A stretch of DNA of 64,000 nucleotides, taken from Octopus sinensis. Lineage: Eukaryota. Shown here in pieces: positions 1-13,028 of the stretch (position 1 is its first letter; every line of letters begins with the position of its first letter). Both the position numbers and the translations under genes were made by a program. The stretch is from positions 77,686,001 through 77,750,000 of the forward strand of contig NC_043002.1 of the NCBI RefSeq assembly GCF_006345805.1. Reading direction: 5' to 3'. Under the pieces are notes generated by a model. The model was not told the DNA's origin. It was given only the letters and a program-made list of their open reading frames with translations, and ran no database searches.

Positions 1-700
1 AGGTTCAGTCCCACTGCATGGGATCTTGGGCAAGTGTCTTCTACTATAGCCATGAACTTACCAAAGACTTCTGAATGAATTTGGTAGATGGAAACTGAAA
101 GAAGTCCATCATATATTCCTTCCCCTCCCTTCCACCTCTCTCTTACCAAGGTATCTCCTTTAATGTAAGGCACCTATTTCTGTCTCCCTATTCATACCCT
201 AACCTTTCATCACCTGACACAATGCCACCTCCCTCAATACTACTCCCCTCTCGCAGCACACTCTATAAAATGGTTGGTGTTAGAAAGGGCAACCAACCAT
301 AGGAATTACACCAAAACCGACAATCAAGCTTTTGACTTGCCAGCTCCAGTCAAACCATCCAACCCATATCAGCATGGAAAACGGACTTTAAATGATAATG
401 GTGGTGGTGGTGGTGGTGAAGATAATTATGATGATGATGATGTATGTATGTATGTATGAGTGGATGAATATTTGTGTCTCCTTGTCTTGACATTACATGA
501 TTGCTGTTAACGATATCATTCATTTCCAACATTCTACTAAAACAGGCCTGGCCTTGCTAGGAAACAAATAAGAGTTAGCAACGATGATGATGATGATGAT
601 GATTACTTCTCGTAGGTTGAATGCCATCATAGAGACTTTCTTGTCAGCTCTCTTAACTCTAAGTAGGTACAATAGGGGCTACATATTTATATGTATGTGT

Positions 701-733
<33 letters not shown>

Positions 734-737
734 ATAT

Positions 738-786
<49 letters not shown>

Positions 787-788
<2 letters not shown>

Positions 789-1970
789 TCCACTGGATGT
801 GTAATGTCAGTATGCATACATGACAGAGTGTAAGCACCCTGAGAGAAAAGTTGGACATAAGAAGCATCAGATGTAGTGTGCAAGAGAAATGACTGTGTTG
901 GTATGCTCATGTGCTATGTATGGATGAGGACAGCTGTGTAAAAAAGTGTCACACCCTAGCAGTAGAGGGAACCTGTGGAAGAGGTAGACCCAGGAAGACC
1001 TGGAATGAGGTGGTGAAGTATGACTTTCGAATGTTGGGCCTCACCAAGGCGATGACAAGTGACCAAGACCTTTGGAGAGATGTTGTGCTCAAGAAGACCC
1101 AGCAAGCCAAGTAAGACCGTAACTGTAGCATTTGCCAGTGCAACATAACTGGCCCATTTAAGAGTACCCTTCAATCATTGAGCAATAAACTGTGCTTGTG
1201 AAGATCTGTTGAGACAAGTGCAGTCATTGTCATGGCCAATGACAGTACCACCTGATTGGTACTCATGCTGGTGGCATGTAAAAAGCACTATTTGAGCGTG
1301 GTTGTTGCCAGAGAAGCCTTACTGGCTCCTATGTCATCTCTCTCTATATAAACGGCAGTTTGTCTGTGCGTGTTTCTGTGTGTCTGTTTGCTTGTACCCT
1401 CACCCTGACCACGGCTTTCAACCGATTCTGATGAAACTTGACACACACATAGCCCAATGTCATAATTCAAAACTAACGCAGCGAAAATTTTGAAAAGTTC
1501 CCCCAGTTCTGAAAAAAATCGATAAATTCGACATGGGGTCCAGAATCAGAAACACAAACTGTCTAGGGGACGCAACTCCACCTTTTTTAACTAAAAAAAA
1601 AAATTTACCATCATTTTTTCCCATTTTTTTGCTATTTTTTGGCTATAACTCTCTAAAAATGCTTTATAGTTATTTCCCTTACAAACCTGAGCAACGCCGG
1701 GCGATACTGCTAGTTGGTATATAAAAAACACCATTCAAGCATAGTCGAAGCCAGTACCACCTGACTGGCCCTCATGCCAGTGGCTCGTAAAAAGCACCCA
1801 CTACATTCTCAGGGTGAGTGGCATTAGGAAGCACATCCAGCTGTAGAAACTTTGCCAGATGAGATTGGAGCCTGGTGCAGCCTTCTGGCTTGCCAGTCCT
1901 CAGTCAAACCATCCAACCCATGCTAGCATTGTAAGCAGACGTTAAACGACAATGATGATGATGATGATGA
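787..1970 (+). mobile_element. 5'-truncated RTE-clade LINE: ORF2 C-terminus (stop at 1114) plus 3' UTR ending in (GAT)n; interrupted by a Helitron
   Basis: Translation ...DEDSCVKKCHTLAVEGTCGRGRPRKTWNEVVKYD...DLWRDVVLKKT has the RTE C-terminal RGRPRKTW motif. It runs on into the TGGCA(C/T)GTAAAAAGCAC repeat and a (GAT)n tail. Confidence 0.85.
1337..1713 (+). mobile_element. Non-autonomous Helitron
   Basis: Starts TC after an A and ends CTAG before a T. GC hairpin CCTGAGCAACGCCGGG (1686-1701) lies 8 nt before the CTAG. No TSD; removing it restores the host repeat (ctcctatgtca|ttggtatataaaaaacacc). Confidence 0.75.
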
Positions 1971-2290
1971 TGAAATATATATATATATATATATATATAG
2001 CTGCAAAAAAATATAAGCAATGATGAGAAAATCAATAGAAGGTGCTTTCATCAAGCAAAATTCCCTTGTGTGATATTTGCTTGGCCTGAATTGAATAGAC
2101 AATCCCTCGTTCTTTTCACCACTGGGAAATGCAGTGAACCAATGATTACATGGAACTTCATAACTAATGATTCTATTATTCACAAAATTCTGTATGTTTT
2201 TAAATAATTAAATAAATAAGCAGTATCATATGTGTGTGCATGCATGCATGTGTGTGTGTGTGTCTGTCTGTATGTATACATGTATGTATA

Positions 2291-2575
2291 GTGAAGGTGC
2301 ATGGCTTAGTGGTTTGTGTATTCAGTTCACAATCATAAGGTCATGGGTTCAATTTCTAGTGGTGTGTTGTGTATTAAGCAACATGCTTTATTTCACACTG
2401 CTTCTGTCAACTCAGCTGGGAAAAATGAATTCTACCTGGAGTTCAAAGGGCCAGCCTTGTCACATTCTATATATCATGCTAAATCTCCCTGGAATTACAT
2501 TAATTTCATGAGCAGGCTGTTCCATGGACTGAATCAACTGGAACACTCATTGTCATAATCAATAGAGTACCCAAT
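2291..2575 (+). mobile_element. tRNA-derived SINE (GAAGGTGCATGGCTTAGTGG head)
   Basis: A-box TGGCTTAGTGG and B-box GGTTCAATTTC; body shared with the copies at 55240-55540 (-) and 55855-56030 (+). Confidence 0.7.
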
Positions 2576-2974
2576 TACATGTGTATATAGATATATATAT
2601 ATATATATAGATAGATATAGATATAGATATATATGTGTGTGTATGTCAGGTCATTTATGAGGTCACTCATGAGTACTTCTGGTAACAGATAATCCAGCAC
2701 AACCTATTGCATGGTTGAGTCATTAATATAGACAGTCTGAGGATGATTTGCTTGCATTTGAGATCATGGTGCTCCTAAATTCTTGAGCTTCTGACCCATA
2801 TTAGTACAAGATATCTTACCTCAGCTCATCTCAGAGTCATGTTAATAGGGTGGAAAAAAATCTATGAGGTGTTGTACAAACTTTATTGAACCTAAAATTT
2901 TGCACAGACATTGCTTTGTCAGTGATGGTCACACCTGTCTATGAGTTGACAGCCATTATGTGAGTGTTTGAACA

Positions 2975-3260
2975 TCAACATCATCATCATCAAGCATTCA
3001 ATTTCCATGCTGGCATGGGTTAGATGGTTTGACAGGAGCTGGCAAGACTGGGAAAAGCACTAGATTTATTTGTCTATTTTTGCTTGGTTTCTACAGCTGG
3101 ATGCCCTTCCTAACACCAACCATTGTACAGAGTGTACTGGGTGCATTTATATGTGGCATCAGCACCAGTGCTTTTTACATGGCACCAGCACCAGTGCTTT
3201 TTAAGTGGCACCATTACCAGTGCTTTTTATATGGTACCATCACTGATAGGGTCACCAGGT
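2975..3260 (-). mobile_element. RTE 3'-UTR-derived repeat (AAAAAGCAC family)
   Basis: Reverse complement of the recurrent ...gttaggaagggcatccagctgtagaaac...catgctagcatggaaa..(GAT)n element. More than 20 copies occur in the window, e.g. 10150-10380, 16140-16480, 18910-19150, 20115-20450, 27090-27400, 39110-39440, 46440-46800, 52260-52970. Confidence 0.8.
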
Positions 3261-3879
3261 ACCTTTACATGACAAAAATTCTTCAACCGAGAGGTGGGGA
3301 GTAGTATTAAGATGGTGTGGCTTTGTCCCAGTTGAGAGATTTAAGGTATAGAAGGGACAGCTATAGGCATCTTGCTGTAGAGCAGATACATGGATACCCC
3401 ATGTAAACAAAAGAGAGATGGATAGTAAAATAAAAGGAGTTATAGTGAGAGAGATGATGGCAGGAATATGTCAGGACATGTCCTCAACAGGCACTGAAGG
3501 TGGTGTGAATAGGTGAGGTGATATAGTGGCTTCAACTGGGTGAGTGGGCAGGAAGAGGTGACTGTAGCATATGATGAAGAGAATTGCAGGAGAGGGTCGG
3601 AGCCAGGGGTTGCAGTAGATATGTGGAAGGTACTGAGGATGATAGCAGGTAAATGAGGATTGATGATGGAGAGCAGCACAGGGAGCAGAGAGAAGAAGCA
3701 GAAAAGAGGTGATTGGTGGAGACAGTAGGCAGGGGAAGAAAAGTAACTGAGGAGGGAGAGGAAAGGTAACTGAGAAAGCCAGGGGATATATAGTATGTGC
3801 CTATTCTACTCTTAGGAGATAGAGGTAGTGATGGGTGTTAGGGGATGAAATGTGGTGGGTGGGGTTGCAGGGCAGAGCC

Positions 3880-4710
3880 CCTCATGGACAAGCATCACCA
3901 AGGTGGTTTTAGGATAACAATTTTGCTGTGGTGGGCAGGTCTTCATGAGTACAGCAAGGCACCAGATATCTCAGTCATTAGTCATCTTTTTCATAAGGCT
4001 CAGTATTTTGAGATCAGTCTTCAATACTCCATCCCATGTCTTCATGCACCTCCCCTGCCCACAAGTTCCATCCACTTTATGCAACTGTCCACATCCATAT
4101 GGATCACATAACAAAACCAGCACAGTCTTCTCTCTTGCACCCTACATACAATTCCTTTTATGCCTAACTTTTCTCTCAATAGTGGAGGCACGTGGCTATG
4201 TGTTAGGGTGTCAGCATCATGATCGTAAGATTGTGGTTTCGATTCCTGGACTGGGCGATGCGTTGTGTTCTTGAGCAAAACATTTCATTTCACTTTGCTC
4301 CAGTCCACTCAGCTGGCAAAAAGGAGTAACGCTGCAATGGACTGGCGTCCCATCCAGCTGGGGAACACATACGTTATTGAAACTGGGAAACCGGGCCCAT
4401 GAGTCTGGCTAGGCTTTAAAAGGGCGCATTTATTTTTTTTTATTTCACTCAATACACTAGTGCTCTGTTGCACATGCACATTGACACTGCACATCCAGTG
4501 GTCCATACCAGCTTCATTCCTCTCTAGCCTTCACATGTCCTCTACATTAAGTGCCCACGTTTCTCTATCATGTAACATTGTTGGTCATATATATGCATCA
4601 TACAACTTTCACTTGGATAGAGAGACTATTGGTTGCCATCAGAATTAAAAGATCTCTGAACTTCCTCCATCCTATTCTTAATCTAGCAATCACTCTTTCA
4701 GTACATACAA
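3880..4710 (-). mobile_element. RTE LINE ORF2 3' fragment, split by a SINE insertion
   Basis: Minus-strand translation ARLRIGWRKFRDLL...ETWAL...RLERNE..M..WMC...|LREKLGIKGIVCRVQERRLCWF matches the RTE C-terminal region. Confidence 0.85.
4182..4447 (+). mobile_element. tRNA-derived SINE inserted into the RTE, with 7-bp TSD CTCAATA
   Basis: Head GTGGAGGCACGTGGC...GGTTTCGATTCC; CTCAATA at 4175-4181 and 4448-4454. The uninterrupted RTE copy near 60820 reads ctctctcaatacactaa. Confidence 0.85.
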
Positions 4711-4716
4711 TATGTA

Positions 4717-4754
<38 letters not shown>

Positions 4755-4787
4755 ATATTATATATAATATATATATATATTATATAT

Positions 4788-4847
<60 letters not shown>

Positions 4848-5081
4848 ATCAACCCCCAAAAAAACGACTCCATCTAGTGAGAGAAATATTTAATAAGCAC
4901 AGGATTTAAATGTAAGCCGCTATAGGTTTCATTCCCAGATAGTACAGTATCCAGACCAGCTTGCAGTGTACCATGTATTATCCTGAAATTGTTCAAGTTC
5001 TCAGACTCATATACATGCATACATACATACATACACACACATACATGCATGCATGTGTGTGTGTGTATGTATATATATATA

Positions 5082-6306
5082 TTGGGTCATCCCATACATA
5101 ATGCATATTTTTATACTCCTTTTAGTTTTCAAAATTAAGATAAACAAAGTTCTTTTTTAATTTAGGGCATCCTATGGAATGAGCTAGATGAGATTTTTTA
5201 ATCTAAAATATACTCTCCTTCTTTTTCTACAATGCTTTCCATCCACCTGGAAGACTTGCAAGGCCCCGCTTCCAAAATTCACCTATCCGTAACGAAAAAT
5301 ACTCCTCCAGTATTTTCTCACCTCATCTAAAGAATTCATATTTTTTCCATCCAAATGATTTTGAAGACTGCAGAATAAATGATAATCAGATGGGGCAATG
5401 TCCAGTGAATATGGTGGGTGGGGCAACGTTTCCCATTCAAACTGCTCCAGCCTTTGAAATGTCATCTTAGCAGTATGTGGCTGAATATTATTCTGATGGA
5501 AGAACACATTTTGTCTTGAAACCAAAGATGGTTGTTTTTTTTTCTAGTGCTGATTTAAGCAGCTCAAACTGATTTAAGCTGCTTGCAGTGGATCTCCCTT
5601 GTTATTGTTTGGTTTGAGTTAAAAAGTTCAAAGGGGACTAAACCTTTCGTATCCCACCAAACAGATAACAACGCCTTATCCACTGTCATCAGCGAGAACC
5701 CATTTCTCATCACCAATCACTATTTGATCCATAAAAGGTTCATTCGTGAACACATTCACTCTCTGGACATGATTAGACTCAGAAAGTTTGTGAGGAACTC
5801 ATTGACCTAATTTTCTGACGAATTTTCTGACAACGATGGCTTGCAGTTGTCGATGAATGGTTGAATGACCAAATCCAAGCTTCTCTGCTAGTTCCTCAAC
5901 AGTTATGATGGGATTTTGTTCCACCAGGGTTTGCAGGATGTCCTCGTTGAGCTTCACAGAGCTTCCAGGATGAGGTTTGCCTTCTCAGCTGTAATTTCTA
6001 GCTCAGAATTTCTGGAACTACTGTTGACACTGGCTTATGCTTATTGTCCAATCCCCATATACGGCATTAATATTCCTTGCACATTCCATCGTGCTGTTGC
6101 CTTTATTGAACTCATAAAGCAAAATATGCTGAATATGCTCCATTTTCACTTCCATTATAGCTTTGAAAAAACTTGCACTAAGAATAAGTACAAAGTACAA
6201 TTACTACCTGCTTTTATAGCAAGTTGATGCAGGTAGTTTATCCTGTTCCCCCTCCAACTTTTACTTCATGCAATTGAAAAAACCACATTATTTATGGGAT
6301 GACCCA

Positions 6307-6307
<1 letters not shown>
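5082..6307 (-). mobile_element. Near full-length decayed mariner transposon
   Basis: About 23-bp TIRs TTGGGTCATCCCATA(C/A)ATAATG at both ends, TA on the left. Transposase pieces MEVKMEHIQHILLYEFNKGN... and ...LPHPPYSLDIAPSDYHLF, with stops and frameshifts. Confidence 0.92.
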
Positions 6308-6360
<53 letters not shown>

Positions 6361-6997
6361 ATGGATGGATGGATTTGGCAATAGAATTGTATAACAAAGC
6401 AAACACGCATGAGTGAATATAATTCATATTTGAAAATGTATACATGTAGTAGTTAATTATGTGCATTTCTCTAAATACTTCTATACAGGCATTTAAACAT
6501 GTAGGATTCAAAAATATATATAGTATGCACTTTACAAAAAGAGATTCAAGAAATAGGAAATTTGATAATGTTATATTGCCGTTGAGGTGAGACACATACA
6601 TAAATTGTTTTATGTCATGAAAGGTTTCGGGTTCCAGCAATAATGTCACTGGAGATAGAGAGAGAAGAGGGTAAGAGAGAAGAGGGTAAGAGTGGGGGGA
6701 GAGAGAGGGAGAAGGGGGGTTAGAGCAAGAGAGAGAAGAGGGTAAGTGGGAGAGAAAGAGAGAGATAGAGAAGAGCATAAGAGGGGAAGAGAGAGAGAGA
6801 GAGCGAGAGAGATGAGCAGGCTGTTTAAAATGATATGGGCACACTTGCCCCCAGTAACAATTAAGCAAAATAAACAGGGCAAGTGTCACAAAGGTGCTGA
6901 AAAGAAAATATAAAAGGAATAAACAGAAAGAACATTCCCTAAGTGAGCCAACTACAGTTGTAACAACGGACCAATTGGGAGAATAAAAGTGATATAA

Positions 6998-7210
6998 CCT
7001 TTAACATTCAGATTACTCTGACAAATATAATGCTTGTTTATTCACATTATTTTGAATGAATAATGCACTATCGCGTGGTGATTTCAAGATTTTGATGTGA
7101 CTGTTTCTCTTTAGAACTACATTGCAGTGTAGGTGTGAAAGGCTGGATCTAGTCTGAATATGAAACAGGCAAAATATTTGGACCAGTTGCAACGTTTAAA
7201 TGCTAAAGGG
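6998..7210. mobile_element. piggyBac-like MITE
   Basis: Ends CCTTTAACATT / AATGCTAAAGGG; TTAA on the right and ATAA on the left. Confidence 0.6.
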
Positions 7211-7639
7211 TTAAGACATGAAGTCAAAAGCAAAGTAGTAGGTTCTTCTGAGATCTTGAAAGCGCTAGATGCCTTTGTTTCATAGTAATTTTTTGCTTTA
7301 ATAATCTGTTGTAAAGTGGGTTCCTCCCACTGGTGTGATGTGTGACTGCCATTGTACTGTAGTTGCTGTTTTACGCTAGTAGCCACAATAGTTACTAGTA
7401 TTCAGATACTGTTGTATCTCTTCATACCGGAATATTAATACACTAACTTCTGTTTAACTATTTAACGATGCTTCCTAGCTACATGGTTTCGGGTTCAGTC
7501 CCACTGCGTGGCACTTTGGGTAGGTGTCTTCCACTATAGCCCCGAGCCGACCGGAGCTTTGTGATTGAATTCGGTAGGTGGAAGTTACTGCCGTGTGTGT
7601 ATGTGTGTGTATAGCTGCTCAGTGCCTCTGCGAAAGAGA

Positions 7640-7870
7640 GAGAGGGATATCATTAAGTGTGTTAGGGTGGCGAGCCAACACAATCATTTGTACATTGGGC
7701 AAAATGCTTAGCGGAATTTTGTCCAGCTTTACATTCAAATTTCAAGGTTCACTTTGTCTTTCATCCTTTTGAGGTCAGTAAAATAAGTACCAGTTGAACA
7801 CTGGGGTTGATATAATCAGCTTACACCCTCCCCTAAAATTGAGGTCCTTGTGCCAAAATATGAAACTAAT
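7640..7870 (+). mobile_element. SINE family with core ttgtctttcatcctttt-ggggtc-aaaataagtaccagttg
   Basis: Recurs at about 18440-18680, 22340-22545 (-), 22620-22790 (-), 23085-23280, 24925-25130, 49080-49260 and 55575-55700 (-). Confidence 0.7.
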
Positions 7871-7878
7871 ATCATTAA

Positions 7879-8099
7879 CCTTTTCCTTACCATATTTATT
7901 TTGAGATGCTCTGTGTTTCTTTCAATTATTTTAAGCATAACAAAGAATTTGGTAAAATAACTTAGTTATCATTAAGCTAGTGTCAGGAACATGAATTGTG
8001 ACTAAGGTTTGTTGGAAGATTTTAATTCAAAACTTATGAAAACAAGACATTTGTACTACAGGACCAGAGCCAGTTTCAGCTGGGTTGGTAATGAAAGGG
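7879..8099. mobile_element. piggyBac-like MITE (second family)
   Basis: TTAA at 7875-7878 and 8100-8103; imperfect TIRs CCTTTTCCTTACC / GGTAATGAAAGGG. Confidence 0.7.
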
Positions 8100-8539
8100 T
8101 TAACTGCCTTAACATGTTACTGGAACTTACCAGTGATACCATGTTTTTCCAGTCATACTGGATACCGTTTAATTACAAGGAAATGTAATTCTTTTTGCAT
8201 TTTTACAATATTTCATTATTAAACTTTAATATTTAGCACTTGTCATCATCATCCTCTAACTTCCATTTTCCATGCTGGTGCTCAACTTATTTAAATATTC
8301 TCAAAACCATGTCAGACATACAGAATAAAATATTTTTTCAAATTATGAAAATGAACCACTGGTGGTACATATAGTGGTGGTGGTGTGAAGTTCACAACGA
8401 ACCATCAGTGGTAGATGTGGCAGTTTATTTCCAGTCTTCTGTGCAAAACATGTCCAGACATGGGAAAATATTACCTCGTTTGGAGAGGGACAAGGGTTGG
8501 TGACACATAGTAAAGTAAAAGGAAAGTTACCTTCTCAAA

Positions 8540-8773
8540 TCTTGCTGACTCATAAGGGCCAGTTTCCCAGTTTCATGACACATATATATTCCCCACCTGG
8601 ATGGGAAACCAGTCCATTGCAGGATTACTCATTTTTGCCAACTGAGTGGACTGGAACAACATAAAATGAAGTGTTTTGCTCAAGAACACAATGCGTCACT
8701 CAGTTCAGGAATTGAAACCACAATCTTACAATCAGGAGTCCAACAACCTAACCACTAAGCCATGTGCTTCCAC
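8540..8773 (-). mobile_element. tRNA-derived SINE (same family as 4182-4447)
   Basis: Reverse complement shows the head GTGGAAGCACATGGCTTAGTGG...GGTTTCAATTCC and the shared body. Confidence 0.8.
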
Positions 8774-8851
8774 TGGTGACATGTAGGGCATTCACTCATA
8801 GAAATCTGCTTCAATAAATCTTATCCTACCCATGTAAGCATGGAAAACTGA

Positions 8852-8983
<132 letters not shown>

Positions 8984-9699
8984 TGACATTAAACTGCATG
9001 TGGTGGTGAGACTATAGTTCGGAAGTTCTGGAGTTGTGAGGAGTGTAGAGTCTCCCCTCAATTACCATCACTCCCAGGTCCATTCTGACTCAGAGTAGTA
9101 GTACCCTTCAGGGTCACATCTATGGGTTAAATAGATTTTCCAGGTGTAGAGGGACCACGCATTATTTTTGACTAAGCTGTGGAGGAGGCAGCTCTTCTAG
9201 GAGAAAGATACTCGGGCATAAAATTTGCAGTCAAATCAGAACCAGTCATCTTGCAATGCTTGTCACTGAAACCTACTAGGGCAGCCAGAAGAATGGCAAA
9301 AGAGTCCATACATTCATACATACTGACAGACAGACATACACACATCATTGTTTAACATCCATTTTTCCATGCTTACATGGATAAGACAAGATTTGTCGAA
9401 GTAGATTTTTATGGCTGGAGGCCCTACATATCACCAGTGAAGGTGCATGGCTTAGTAGTTAGGGTGTTGGTTTCATGATTTAAGCTTTTGTCACTTAAAT
9501 CCAATGATATACAGATGTCTCACTATCATTTCATTTCTTGATCTATTTTATATCTTATAAAGTCCTATGGCAATGGATACATGGCACGAAAAGTCATATC
9601 TGTACACATGTAACGATGAAAGTAAATCAGAACAATCAGGTTGAATGTAAGACAAGATGAAGTAATAATGTGTGTATGTGCATGAATGTATGCAGAGCC

Positions 9700-10055
9700 A
9701 CAGGAGTGGCTGTGTGGTCAGTCATACTGTGTGGCACCTTGGGCAAGTGTCTTCTACTATAGCCTCAGGCCGACCAAAGCCATGTGAGTGGATTTGGTTG
9801 ATGGAAACTGAAAGAAGCCCATCATGTGTGTGTGTGTGTATGTATGTATGTATGAATGTTTTTGTGTGTCTGCTTGTTCCATCGCTTGACAACTGATGTT
9901 GGTGTGTTTATGTCCCCTATAACTTAGTGGTTCAGCAAAAGAGATCAATAGAATAAGTACTAGACTTACAGAGAATATGTCCTGGATCGATTTGTTCGAC
10001 TAAAGGTGATGCTCCAACATGGCCACAGTCAAATGACTGAAACAAAGAAAAGAAT
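9700..10055 (+). mobile_element. Bipartite tRNA-headed SINE (GGAGTGGCTGTGTGG head, internal microsatellite, ...aataagtactag...ggtcgatttg...gactgaaac tail)
   Basis: Very abundant here; other copies at about 13530-13940 (-), 14965-15370, 15420-15760, 17185-17540, 22880-23045 (-), 30010-30320 (-), 53030-53150 (-), 54660-54850 and 63110-63250 (-). Confidence 0.8.
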
Positions 10056-10401
10056 GTATGTATAGCTAGATATTCAGACAGACAGATAGATGCCCCCCCC
10101 CGCACTGCCAGCTGTAGGGGGAGGGATTCTTGCAAGCTATCCAGCGACCCTGTCAGTGCTGGTGCCACATAAAAAAACACGCTTGTAACAATGCCACATA
10201 TAAAACACCCAGTACACTCTGTAAAGTGGCTGGTGTTAGGAAGGGCATCCAACCATAGAACCAAAGAAACAAAACCAAAATATGCAACTTAAATTTGGTG
10301 CAGCTTTCCAGCTTCCCAGCTCTAGCCAAAACATCCAACCCATGTCAGTATGGAAAACAGACATTAAATGATGATGGTGGTGGTGGTATATACAATATAT
10401 A

Positions 10402-10924
10402 CCGTAAATCCTCAAGTATAGTTCACCCTTGAGTGTAATATGCAGGGGATTTTTAGGGGACTGTACCCCTGAAAAACCTAAACCTTGTGTATAATACGCA
10501 CCCCTTCTCTAACTTGAGTCATGCGTAATTAATCTAGCAGCACCTAGTCGAACAAACACTTCCGTGCATGTGTAATACAATAATGGTGATGTTCTTAACT
10601 GTTATATGGGAATGTAAATATGTTTGCAAATTGTTTTTGTTACATGTTATTCTGTGTTCTGAATACTTTTATTTTAATAAATGTTGCTTACTGCAAGTTA
10701 TGAATGATTCTTTTAGGACTTCATTGCTTTCAGGCTTAGCTTAAGGTATTTTCGCACCCGACATCACAAAGTGCATCTGAATAAACATTGCCAGACAGCA
10801 AATAGAGACTTGGACATTGCTTAGAAAATATTTTTTCATTTTTAACCTTGTATATAGTATGCACTAGGGATTTTGACCTTTAAATTTGGGGAAAAAAATG
10901 CGGATTATACTCGAGGATTTACGG
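10402..10924. mobile_element. pogo/Tc1-mariner-type MITE
   Basis: 19-bp TIRs CCGTAAATCCTC(A/G)AGTATA with one mismatch; TA TSD at 10400-10401 and 10925-10926; no ORF. Confidence 0.85.
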
Positions 10925-12938
10925 TATGCACATATAGAGGATAAATGCATATATGTTTGTATGGATGCAGCATGACTGTATTGTTAAGAGGTTCACTCTA
11001 CACTCATGAGGTCTCAGGTTCAAGACCTTAATGCATATCCTTTAGTTACATATCTCCATGCACCTATGGTAATAGGTACAAATGAATATCTACAGCATAG
11101 ATACAAGAGCTGTAAACTCGTCATTAGAGTTCATCATACATGTTCTCTTTCTTTACAATTTTAGACAATGTATGAATGTATTTATGAAAATGAATACATG
11201 TATGTGTGTGTGAGTGTGTGTGAATCTATGTGCATGTCTGTCTGTATGTATGTATGTATGTATGTATGTATGATGTATGTATGTATGTATGTATGTATGC
11301 ATGTGTGCATGTGTCTGTATACGTGCATTTATGTGTGTGTGTGTGTGTAAATGTCTGCAACTAAGCAGACAAAAAAGAGAAAAATAATTTTTATTGCTTA
11401 ACAAAAGAGAAATCAAATCTCATTTTTACATTTAGGAATTTTGATTTTCAGAGCATCTGTAGATGGTGTTTAAGGTTTAAAAGAAAAAAGAAAGAAAAAA
11501 GAGAGAGAAAGAAAATTAAAAAACAAACTAAAACTGCTGCTATTGATACTGTTACTAGTTTGTTGGTTGAAGTTGCTAACAATCTTTCATGGTCTATTTT
11601 TGTTGTATTCTTTTCCCTTGATTGTTTTGCTTTGCACATTTAGTTGTGGTAGTTATTATTACTATTATTATTATTATTATTATTATATTATTATTATTAT
11701 CATCATTATTATTATTATGTTGTCGTTGTTTCTCCTCTAAACGTATATTATATATATATATATATACACACACACACATATATATATATGCATGTGTGTG
11801 TGTATATATTTGTATATGTATGTATGCATATGTGTATGTTTGTATATGTATGTACATATATGAATATGCATGGACATATATATATATGTACGCATATACA
11901 TATTTGTACATATGTGTGTGTGTGCGCGTGTGTGTGTGCACTCTGCTACTTCAAATTCCTTTTTACTTTCTAATAGTTTTCAATAAAAATTTTAAAAAAA
12001 GTGTTTGAAAGGTTTGTTAGTTTATCAAAACAATTGAACAGTCTCCAGTTTGCATGCATATGTGTACACTTGTGTGTGTGTATGTGTGTGTGTAAGCATG
12101 TCTGTCCATGTGTCTGCCTATATGTATGTATGTATGTATGTACGTGTGTATGCATGTATGCATATGTAATTTTTAAAATTCTTTTCGTTTCACAAGTTCT
12201 GTTGAAATATAAAGTAAATTGTACGCGTGTGTGCATGTGTGTGTACGTGCATACATTTGTGTGTGTGTGTGTCTGTGTATGCATCTGTATGTCTATGTGT
12301 GTGCGTATATTGCACTCAAATACCACAAAAGAGATACATTACCACCACCACCACCACCACCACTACCATCGTCATCATCACTACCATCACCACCATAACC
12401 ATCACCACTACCATCACCATTATCATTAACATCAACAATAATGCATATATACTGTTTTCTTTTTATTTATCTTATTTTTTTTTAAATGTTCACCAATCAT
12501 CAAATTTTATTTTTCAATTTCCAATCTTTTATTCTCAATTTTATCAAAATTACTTCTTGTGCATACAAATGAATACGTATAAGATATATGTCCAATATCT
12601 TCAGGGTTTAGTAAATAATCGGTGGTTTTTATACGTTTATTTGTTTATTTTTCTCTATAGCTCTTACAAAAGTAAACAGATACTTGCTTTACAATCAATG
12701 TTTTCTTTATAGAAAACATAATAAATTACAAATTCTGCAGACAATTCCTTTGTTAATCCATTTCAAAAACTTCAGGGTGTCATGGCGTCAATTCTTAACT
12801 TCTATGTTTGTTACATTAACCAGATACCAGATACCAGTTGAGAAGTATTTCTGAATATGAGGTTAGTTTATCATAAACTTTCTCAGGCTGGCATTGTTCT
12901 TGCTTCATAAACTGAGACAATGTGTGTGTATATATATA

Positions 12939-13024
<86 letters not shown>

Positions 13025-13028
<4 letters not shown>

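Noticed and set aside
7117-7386. 89-aa ORF MATSVKQQ...
   Set aside because: It runs into a piggyBac-like MITE, has no recognisable domain, and removing the MITE does not extend it meaningfully.
12740-12875. Possible exon DNSFVNPFQKLQGVMASILNFY...
   Set aside because: Only weak donors lie before the in-frame stop, and no homology was recognised.
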